Assembly (NCBI GenBank): GCA_041169825.1
Contig: JBEEIN010000220.1
Location: 1-32,739, forward strand
Direction of reading: 5' to 3'
Source: Pseudomonadota bacterium
GTDB lineage: Bacteria; Pseudomonadota; Alphaproteobacteria; Sphingomonadales; Sphingomonadaceae
DNA: 32,739 nt
Shown: positions 25,800-32,739 of the stretch, one piece after another
How the letters are laid out: every line of letters starts with the position of its first letter
How positions within the stretch are numbered: position 1 is the stretch's first letter
Translations under genes and position numbers: made by a program
Notes under the pieces: model-generated
The model's database searches: none
What the model saw: the letters and a program-made list of their open reading frames with translations, nothing else
Told to the model about the DNA's origin: nothing

Positions 25800-26714
25800 A
25801 TGGACGTCTACCTTCCCATTGCCAACCTGGCGGTCAACGGCCTGGTCATTGTCGCGCTTGGCGGGCTGACCGGAATCCTGTCAGGCATGTTTGGCGTGGG
25901 CGGCGGGTTCCTGACCACCCCGTTGATGATCTTCTACGGCATTCCACCCACGGTGGCGGCGGCTTCTGCCGCCAGCCAAGTGACCGGCGCATCAGTTTCC
26001 GGCGTTTTCGCTCATGCCCGGCGCGGCGGGGTCGATTATCACATGGGGACGGTGATGGTCGCGGGCGGGGTGATCGGCACCGGCATCGGCGCGGTTCTGT
26101 TTCGCATCCTGCAGCAATGGGGCCAGATCGATATCGTCATCAACCTGCTTTACGTCGGCTTGCTGGGCACGATCGGCACGCTGATGGCGCGCGAAAGCTG
26201 GGCCGCGGTCAAGGCGCAGCGGACCGGCGTGCCCCTGCCAGCGCGCAAGCGCCGCCATCACCCGATGGTCGCCAACCTGCCGTTGCGCTGGCGGTTCTAT
26301 CGCTCCGGCCTGTACATTTCGCCACTCGCGCCGCTGCTGCTGGGGATGTTCACTGGCGTTCTGACCATGCTGATGGGGATTGGCGGCGGTTTCGTGCTGG
26401 TGCCGGCGATGCTCTATATCCTGGGGATGAGCGCGAATGTCGTCGTCGGCACATCGCTGTTCCAGATCCTTTTCGTCACCATGATCACGACGATGATGCA
26501 CGCCTTGACGACCAAGGCAGTCGACATCGTTCTGGCTGTCCTGCTGCTGATCGGTTCGGTTTCAGGAGCGCAGATCGGTTCGCAGCTGGCGCAGAAACTG
26601 TCGGCGGAGCGGCTCCGCTTCGTCCTGGCCGCGATTGTCCTGCTGATTGCGCTGCGGATGTTGATCGGCCTCGCCTGGCAGCCGGACGAGATCTACACGG
26701 ACTCGCCATTGTGA
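25800..26714 (+). CDS. TauE/SafE (TSUP) family membrane protein
   Basis: Duplicated GMFGVGGGFL..P / LMGIGGGFVLVP motifs, VGTSLFQ, many TM helices. Confidence 0.92.
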   Translation: MDVYLPIANLAVNGLVIVALGGLTGILSGMFGVGGGFLTTPLMIFYGIPPTVAAASAASQVTGASVSGVFAHARRGGVDYHMGTVMVAGGVIGTGIGAVLFRILQQWGQIDIVINLLYVGLLGTIGTLMARESWAAVKAQRTGVPLPARKRRHHPMVANLPLRWRFYRSGLYISPLAPLLLGMFTGVLTMLMGIGGGFVLVPAMLYILGMSANVVVGTSLFQILFVTMITTMMHALTTKAVDIVLAVLLLIGSVSGAQIGSQLAQKLSAERLRFVLAAIVLLIALRMLIGLAWQPDEIYTDSPL

Positions 26715-27463
26715 GAGCCCTGTTTGCCTTGCTCTGCCTGGTCCTGCTGGGCGCTGCGCGGGACCCGATCCTGGTGCCCGAGGTCTCGCAGCACGAGATC
26801 CAGGTGCGCCAGGGCTTCACCGGTACCGAACTGCTGCTCTATGGCGCGATCCTTACGCCCGAGGGCAGTCGTGCCGGGCAGGATTATGACATCGTTGTCG
26901 TGCTCAAAGGCCCAACAAATGCCATTGTCCTGCGCGAGAAGCAGCGGATTGCCGGGATCTGGGTCAATGCTGACAGTGCCGAGTTTCGTTCGGCGCCGGC
27001 GTTTTTTGCTGTCGCGTCGTCCAAACCGATCGATCAGGTCGTCGACCAGAAGACGGCGGCGATTTACGAGCTGGGCCTCCCCTGGCTGCAGCTTTCGCCG
27101 ATCGGGGCCTTTGACCCTGCGGAGCAGCGCCGCTTCTCGGCGGGTTTGGTCGAACGCCGGGTCCGCGAAGGGCTTTACAAGGAAGACCCGCACGGTGTGA
27201 ACATCAGCGAGCAGGTCCTCTACCAAGCCCGGATCAGTTTGCCGTCCTCGGTTCAGACCGGCACCTACACCGCCGAGACCTTCGCTATCAGCAAGGGCCG
27301 GGTGGTTGCCTCCGCCGTTGCCCGGGTCGAAGTGCGCAAGGTGGGATTTGAACGCCTGGTTGCGCAGTTCGCCGATGACAACGGCTTCCTCTATGGCCTT
27401 CTGGCCGTGATGGTCTCGGTCGGGATGGGTTTTGTTGCCGGCCGACTCTTCGCGCTTGTTTAG
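26711..27463 (+). CDS. TIGR02186 family alphaproteobacterial membrane-anchored protein
   Basis: GTGA overlap with TauE; FTGTELLLYGAI, REKQRIAGIWVN, VRKVGFE, C-terminal TM LYGLLAV. Confidence 0.85.
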   Translation: MRALFALLCLVLLGAARDPILVPEVSQHEIQVRQGFTGTELLLYGAILTPEGSRAGQDYDIVVVLKGPTNAIVLREKQRIAGIWVNADSAEFRSAPAFFAVASSKPIDQVVDQKTAAIYELGLPWLQLSPIGAFDPAEQRRFSAGLVERRVREGLYKEDPHGVNISEQVLYQARISLPSSVQTGTYTAETFAISKGRVVASAVARVEVRKVGFERLVAQFADDNGFLYGLLAVMVSVGMGFVAGRLFALV

Positions 27464-27490
27464 GGCGTCTTAACCCCCTTTGCTTATGCT
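27459..27490 (+). promoter_or_regulatory. CtrA-box-like site TTTA-N7-TTAAC with -10 TATGCT
   Basis: TTTA 27459-27462, GGGCGTC, TTAAC 27470-27474, TATGCT 27485-27490; the -35 position falls within the box. Confidence 0.6.
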
Positions 27491-27522
27491 ACGCCGCGCA
27501 GCAAGCAGGGGACCTAAGCGGC

Positions 27523-29214
27523 ATGGAAAGCGCCAATAACCCTGGGTTTGGTCGGCCTGACACTGCGGCTGCCGAGCTTAAGCCCGACACTGTTGGCGAG
27601 ATGGCAGTCGACAATTCGCGCGATCCTATTGGCATTGTACTCGAGATCTCTGGATCAGGTTCGGCCATCGCGCTCGACCTCCAACGGCTGCAGGAATGCG
27701 CTAATGACCAGGACCCCTCGGTTGCCCTGGCCGGGCAGGTTGGCAGCCAGGTCAAGATCCGTGTCGGCAAGGGCTGGCTGCTCGCCTCGGTCCGCACTCA
27801 GCGCCAGAACGCCAAGACGCCGGGCGGAATTATGGCGCAGATCGACTTTCTGGGCGAGGGCGATGAAGAGCGCCTGACCGGACGCATTCATTCGTTTCGC
27901 CGCGGTGTCACGCGCTACCCGATCCCGGGGGCGCTTATCTATCCTACAACCAGCAACGACCTGAAGCAGATTTATGCCAGCGACGGGCGTTCCTCAATCC
28001 AGGTCGGCACCGTCTTTCCAACCCGTGATATTCGCGCCGGCCTCTATATCGATTCCATGCTCGGCAAGCACTTCGCCCTGCTCGGCTCGACCGGGACAGG
28101 CAAATCAACCAGCGCCGCCCTGATCCTCCATCGAATCTGTGAGTGCGCGCCCGAGGGGCACATCGTGATGATCGACCCGCACGGCGAGTATTCCGCCGCC
28201 TTCAAGCAGACGGGGATGATCTTCGACGTTTCCAACCTGCAGATGCCCTACTGGCTGATGAACTTTGAAGAGCACTGCGAAGTATTCCTGACTTCCAGCG
28301 GCAATGATCGGCAAGAGGACATGGACATCCTTGGCAAGTGCCTGTTGGCGGCGCGATCCAAAAACCGGTTGGCCGAAGGCATGGGCAAAATCACAGTTGA
28401 TAGCCCGATCCCCTATTTGCTGTCCGATCTGACCAACCTGATCCAGACCGAGATGGGCAAGCTCGACAAGTCGACTTCGACTGCGCCCTATATGCGGATC
28501 AAGACCAAGATCGACGAGCTCAGGGCCGATCCGCGCTTCCAGTTCATGTTCTCCGGCATGCTGGTGGGCGATACCATGGCTGAGTTCATCTCCAAGATCT
28601 TCCGCCTACCTAGCCGCGGCAAGCCGATCTCGATCATCGACGTTTCGGGCGTGCCCTCGGACATTACCGCAACTGTAGTGGCGGTGCTGAGCCGCCTGGT
28701 ATTCGATTTCGCGATCTGGGCGCGGGACGAGAAGACCCGGCCAGTCCTGCTCGTTTGTGAGGAGGCCCATCGTTATGTGCCGAGCGAAAAGAATGCTGAC
28801 GGGTCCTCGGTCGGCAAAATCCTCAGCCGGATTGCCAAGGAAGGGCGCAAGTACGGCGTCAGCCTGGGCCTGATCACGCAGCGCCCGTCCGACCTTGCCG
28901 AAGGCGTGCTGTCGCAGTGTGGCACGATCATCTCGATGCGCCTCAACAACGACAGTGACCAGGCCTTCGTCAAGGCGGCCATGCCCGAAGGGGCGCGGAG
29001 CTTCCTTGATGCGATCCCCGCGCTGCGCAACCGGGAATGCATCATCTGCGGCGAGGGCGTCTCAATCCCGATCCGCATGACCTTCGACGAGCTCGACGAG
29101 GCCAAGCGCCCGGCCTCGGCCGACCCTTCGTTCAGTGATTTGTGGCGCCATTCCGGTGGCGAAGAGGGAATGGTCGAGCGGACTGTCCAGCGCTGGCGCG
29201 CACAGGGTCGGTAA
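27523..29214 (+). CDS. HerA/FtsK-superfamily ATPase (DUF87-type) with N-terminal HAS-barrel-like region
   Basis: KHFALLGSTGTGKS Walker A, IDPHGEY, LVCEEAHRY Walker B, RIAKEGRKYG, ITQRPS, LSQC. Confidence 0.92.
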   Translation: MESANNPGFGRPDTAAAELKPDTVGEMAVDNSRDPIGIVLEISGSGSAIALDLQRLQECANDQDPSVALAGQVGSQVKIRVGKGWLLASVRTQRQNAKTPGGIMAQIDFLGEGDEERLTGRIHSFRRGVTRYPIPGALIYPTTSNDLKQIYASDGRSSIQVGTVFPTRDIRAGLYIDSMLGKHFALLGSTGTGKSTSAALILHRICECAPEGHIVMIDPHGEYSAAFKQTGMIFDVSNLQMPYWLMNFEEHCEVFLTSSGNDRQEDMDILGKCLLAARSKNRLAEGMGKITVDSPIPYLLSDLTNLIQTEMGKLDKSTSTAPYMRIKTKIDELRADPRFQFMFSGMLVGDTMAEFISKIFRLPSRGKPISIIDVSGVPSDITATVVAVLSRLVFDFAIWARDEKTRPVLLVCEEAHRYVPSEKNADGSSVGKILSRIAKEGRKYGVSLGLITQRPSDLAEGVLSQCGTIISMRLNNDSDQAFVKAAMPEGARSFLDAIPALRNRECIICGEGVSIPIRMTFDELDEAKRPASADPSFSDLWRHSGGEEGMVERTVQRWRAQGR

Positions 29215-29220
29215 ACCGGA

Positions 29221-30639
29221 TTACGCTGCTACACCTTCTCGTGCCGACAAAATCCGCTCGAGCATCCGCTGCCGCCAGGGCAGCTTGAAGTAGGTCAGCA
29301 GGGTCAGCACCAGCGAAGTAACCGAGCTGAGCAGGAACGAATACCACAAGGCATCTGCCCCCAGCATGGGATAGAGCAAATGGTATGCGCCAAGCCGGAC
29401 CGCATACATGGCGATGAACAGCACGGCGAGCTGGGCGTAGATCACCCCATAGGCGCGCAGGGTGCCGAACAGCACAATCGTTACGCCGAAGGGCAGATAG
29501 GTCCAGATCGCCAGGTCCTGAATATGCAGGGCGGTGGCCACAGACGGGCTGCTTGCGCCGAGGAACAGTTCAAGCACGGGCCGGTCAAACGGCACCAGCG
29601 CGGCGATCATCAACCCGGTCATCGCCAGGTTGGCCAGCGCGCCAGTGCGGCTAATCGCGTCGACCCGGTCTTCGCGCCCGGCACCGATATGCTGCGCGAC
29701 CATTGCGCTGACCGCGCCGCCAATCGCCATGGCCGGCATGCCAATATAGTTCCAGATCTGAAGCAATGCGCCATAAGCAGCCGCCGTGATCAAACCCTCG
29801 CGATTGACCAGCCCGATCATGATCACCCCGGCGCCCGAGATGATCAGCATCTGCGCGCCCATCGGCAGCCCCCGCGATAGCAGGTATCGCGCTTCTTCCC
29901 AGCGCGGCCGGAGCCAGGCCAGTTCGGCCCCGCGCAGCCGCAGCGGCAGGTCCTTGGCATAGATCCAGCCAATCATCGCGACAAAGCCGATGCTGGTGGC
30001 GATCACCGTGGCCCAGGCCGATCCGGCAATACCCAGCGCCGGGGCCGGGCCAAGGCCCAAAATCAGGACCGGGTTCAACGCAACGTCCAGCACGGTCGCC
30101 AGGATCATGAAGCGCAGCGGGGTGGCCGCATCGCCCGATCCGCGCAGGCTCATCGCGATGATCGTGGTGATCGTGGCGATCGGGTTGGCGATGAACACCA
30201 CGCGCAAGTAGGCCAAGGCCTGATCGTGCGCCGCGCCGGGCGTCGCCAACAGGTCCAGCACCTTGTCGGCAAACAGGATCCCCAGTGTGGCCATCACCAG
30301 CGAGATTGCCCCGGTCAGCCCCAACGCCGTGCCCAGGATTCGGCGCGCCGTGATGACATCCTTGGCGCCCCAGGCTTGGCCGATGCGCACGGTGGCGGCC
30401 ATGCCAAAGCCAAAGACCAGGGCGAAGAGTAGGAACATCAGGATGTTTGAATTGGCCGTGGCAGCCAGGGCCTCATCGCCCAGCAATTGGCCGACCCAAA
30501 TCGCATTGATCGATCCGTTCAGGCTTTGCAGAACGTTGCCGACCAGTTGCGGCAGAGCAAAAACCAACAGGGTCCGCGTCAACGGCCCTTCGGTCAGGCT
30601 CCCTCGCAGGGGACTGGTGCCCGATGAAGTCTCGCTCAT
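29221..30639 (-). CDS. MATE family efflux transporter
   Basis: LTEGP...FALP, GDEALAA, IGQAWGAK, LRGSGDAATP, LNPVLILG; about 12 hydrophobic segments. Confidence 0.93.
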   Translation of the reverse strand: MSETSSGTSPLRGSLTEGPLTRTLLVFALPQLVGNVLQSLNGSINAIWVGQLLGDEALAATANSNILMFLLFALVFGFGMAATVRIGQAWGAKDVITARRILGTALGLTGAISLVMATLGILFADKVLDLLATPGAAHDQALAYLRVVFIANPIATITTIIAMSLRGSGDAATPLRFMILATVLDVALNPVLILGLGPAPALGIAGSAWATVIATSIGFVAMIGWIYAKDLPLRLRGAELAWLRPRWEEARYLLSRGLPMGAQMLIISGAGVIMIGLVNREGLITAAAYGALLQIWNYIGMPAMAIGGAVSAMVAQHIGAGREDRVDAISRTGALANLAMTGLMIAALVPFDRPVLELFLGASSPSVATALHIQDLAIWTYLPFGVTIVLFGTLRAYGVIYAQLAVLFIAMYAVRLGAYHLLYPMLGADALWYSFLLSSVTSLVLTLLTYFKLPWRQRMLERILSAREGVAA

Positions 30640-31367
30640 GTTCCGCGCGTGTCCCCGTAAAGATGGATGTGCATGCGGTCTGTCAGCCGCAGCCCCTGTT
30701 GCAGCGCCAGCGGTGCCAGCCAGCGTTCGCGTGTCCGCAGTGTTTCGCTGTCGGTCCCTTCGGGCATGACGAAGACCCGCTCGCGCGGCAGGCTATGCGC
30801 CGCGATCAGTGCGATCACCTCGGCGACATCGTCTGGGGTGGCCACGACGAACTTAAACCAAGCTTGAGGTTTTTGAATCCACTCGACCAGACGTTCGGGA
30901 ATCTGTGCAGAGTCAATGGGATTCCCCGAATGGCTCAGTTTTGGGCTGACATTGTATTGGCTGACCAATGGGTCGAGCGCCGGATGCGGGGCGACGGTGC
31001 CGTTGGTTTCGATCTCCACGGTCATGCCATCGAGCAGGGCGACCATCCGCGCCAGCGCAGCCCCTTGCAGCAGGGGCTCACCACCGGTGATCACCAGCCG
31101 GTCCTGCCCCAGCGCCATGATCCGCGCGGCCACCTCTGCCTCTTCCAGCACGATCTGGTTGACCTTGCGTTCGAAGGTCAGGCCATCGCGGTGCGGGCGA
31201 TTATCGCCCTCGAACCGCCAGGTATAGGCAGTGTCGCACCAGGTGCAGGCGAGGTTGCAGCGCGACAGCCGGACGAAGGCTACGGGGCGACCAATGCTGG
31301 GCCCTTCACCTTGCAGCGAGGCAAAGATTTCCGGTTCGCCGGGGGTCGTGGTGGCAAGCGTCAGCAT
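30636..31367 (-). CDS. queE: 7-carboxy-7-deazaguanine synthase (radical SAM)
   Basis: EIFASLQGEG, FVRLSRCNLACTWCDT (CxxxCxxC), ITGGEPLLQ, IETNGT, VSPK, RMHIHLYG; AAGGA SD before ATG 31367. Confidence 0.9.
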   Translation of the reverse strand: MLTLATTTPGEPEIFASLQGEGPSIGRPVAFVRLSRCNLACTWCDTAYTWRFEGDNRPHRDGLTFERKVNQIVLEEAEVAARIMALGQDRLVITGGEPLLQGAALARMVALLDGMTVEIETNGTVAPHPALDPLVSQYNVSPKLSHSGNPIDSAQIPERLVEWIQKPQAWFKFVVATPDDVAEVIALIAAHSLPRERVFVMPEGTDSETLRTRERWLAPLALQQGLRLTDRMHIHLYGDTRGT

Positions 31368-31422
31368 GGCGCAGCGTCCTTGGCAGATTTGCACCAACTA
31401 GGACAGAGGGCTGAGCTTGAGC

Positions 31423-31445
31423 CCCTCCCCCATCAAGGGAGAGGG
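31423..31445 (-). repeat. REP-like hairpin CCCTCTCCC-TTGAT-GGGGGAGGG just after the valS stop
   Basis: 9-bp stem with one G-U pair on the minus-strand RNA; resembles the common alphaproteobacterial CCCTCTCCC...GGGAGAGGG palindromes. Confidence 0.55.
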
Positions 31446-31447
31446 CA

Positions 31448-32739
31448 TTACCCCAGCCGTGCCAACGCCGCGGCCAGGCGTTCGGCCTCGGACTGGTGCA
31501 TGGCGTGGTCGGCCCGGGCCTTTTCAACCGCTTCGGGCTTGGCCTTTTCGACGAAAGCGGCGTTGGAGAGACGGCCTTCAAGGCTCTTGGCCTCCTTGGT
31601 CGAAACTTCCAGTGCCTTGGCCAGGCGGGCCTTCTCGGCGGCAATGTCGATCACGCCTTCAAGCGGAATGATCACATTGGCATCGCCGGCACCAACCTGC
31701 ATGGCGGCACCGGCCGGGGCTGGTTCAAAGCGGATACCGTTGAGCCGCGCCAGGCGCTCGATCGCTGCCGGATTACGCTCGATGATCCCGCGCGTAGCGG
31801 CGCTCGGTTCGGGCAGGAAGGCATCCAGCTTGGCGCCCGGGGCAATGCCCAGCTCGTTCTTCGCGGTGCGCAGGTTGCCGATCAGCGCGATCAGCCAGTC
31901 AACCTCGGCCTTGGCAGCAGCATCAACGCTGGCGCCCGGCTGCGGCCATTGCGCGGTGATCAGCGGATGGTCCGGCCGATCGCCCAGCTTGGACCAAAGC
32001 TCTTCGGTAACGAAGGGCATGAAGGGGTGGAGCATGACCAGGATCTGGTCGAGCACCCAACCGGCCACGGCCTTGGTCTCGGCATCGAAATTGCCCTTGA
32101 TCAGTTCGATGTACCAATCGCAAAACTGGTCCCAGACGAAGTGGTAGACCGCGTTGGCCGCGGCATCGAAGCGCAGGTCGGCCATGGCCTTGTCCAGCTC
32201 GGCCAGGGTTTCGACGACTTCGCCGATGATCCACTTGTTGACCGCCGAGGTCGCAGCGGGTGCGGCGACCGTGTGGCTCGCGCCGATGCCGTTCGACTGG
32301 CAGAAGCGGGCTGCGTTCCACAGCTTGGTTGCGAAGTTGCGATAGCCTTCGACCCGCTTCTCATCCATCTTGATGTCACGGCCCTGGCTTTCCATCGCCG
32401 CCATGAAGAAGCGCAGCGCATCGGCGCCGTACTGGTCGATCAGGCCCAGCGGATCGACCACGTTGCCCTTGGACTTGGACATTTTCTGCCCATCCGGCGC
32501 GCGCACCAGCCCATGCAGGTACAGCCGCTTCCAAGGGTTCTGCGCGGTCATTGCCTGGCCCATCATCATCATCCGGGCATCCCAGAAGAACAGGATGTCG
32601 AAGCCGGAAATGAGCAGGTCGTTGGGATAGTGCTTGGTCAGCAAAGGCGCGTCCGCTTCCGGCCAGCCGAGCGTGGCGAAGGGCCACAGCGCGGAGGAGA
32701 ACCAGGTGTCGAGCACGTCCTCGTCGCGGGTCAGCGGCG
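31448..32739 (-). CDS. valS: Valine--tRNA ligase, 3' part (5' end outside the window)
   Basis: [59 protein letters not shown]-terminal coiled coil. Confidence 0.97.
   Translation of the reverse strand, partial: PLTRDEDVLDTWFSSALWPFATLGWPEADAPLLTKHYPNDLLISGFDILFFWDARMMMMGQAMTAQNPWKRLYLHGLVRAPDGQKMSKSKGNVVDPLGLIDQYGADALRFFMAAMESQGRDIKMDEKRVEGYRNFATKLWNAARFCQSNGIGASHTVAAPAATSAVNKWIIGEVVETLAELDKAMADLRFDAAANAVYHFVWDQFCDWYIELIKGNFDAETKAVAGWVLDQILVMLHPFMPFVTEELWSKLGDRPDHPLITAQWPQPGASVDAAAKAEVDWLIALIGNLRTAKNELGIAPGAKLDAFLPEPSAATRGIIERNPAAIERLARLNGIRFEPAPAGAAMQVGAGDANVIIPLEGVIDIAAEKARLAKALEVSTKEAKSLEGRLSNAAFVEKAKPEAVEKARADHAMHQSEAERLAAALARLG

Noticed and set aside
26117-26710. N-terminal extension of the TIGR02186 ORF (448 aa)
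   Set aside because: Out-of-frame overlap with TauE; the GTG at 26711 overlapping the TauE stop gives a normal signal-like N-terminus.
31368-31447. preQ1 riboswitch upstream of queE
   Set aside because: No AGAGGTTCTAG-type stem-loop or A-rich tail; only a REP-like hairpin.

Overview
GC-rich, gene-dense chromosomal segment from an alphaproteobacterium, most likely Sphingomonadales. This assignment is inferred from chpT, a FAT-GUY response regulator, the TauE/TIGR02186 pair, TonB receptor style and promoter style. The content is mostly core genome: tRNA-Leu, tig, TetR and amidase, clpP-clpX, an NTF2-like exported protein, a CDF metal exporter, a large TonB-dependent receptor, mtgA, rpoH, rluD, a JAB peptidase, chpT, a Zn peptidoglycan amidase, a ferritin-like hypothetical, RNase P RNA, a single-domain response regulator, a serine hydrolase, ugd and a phosphatase, a TorF-like porin, glyoxalase, nhaA, an NfrB-like glycosyltransferase with a putative outer-membrane partner, TauE/SafE, TIGR02186, a HerA-like ATPase, MATE, queE and the 3' part of valS. 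I see no integrase, transposase, prophage or CRISPR array. The best leads are: (1) a compact NfrB/NfrA-like surface-glycan module whose synthase is split by one in-frame TAA; (2) an orphan HerA-like ATPase behind a CtrA-type promoter; (3) a REP-like sequence embedded in P12 of RNase P RNA; (4) a Pho-box-like repeat upstream of a Cys-loop TonB receptor; (5) an orphan JAB peptidase head-to-head with rluD and upstream of chpT. All calls come from reading motifs by eye; no searches were run.
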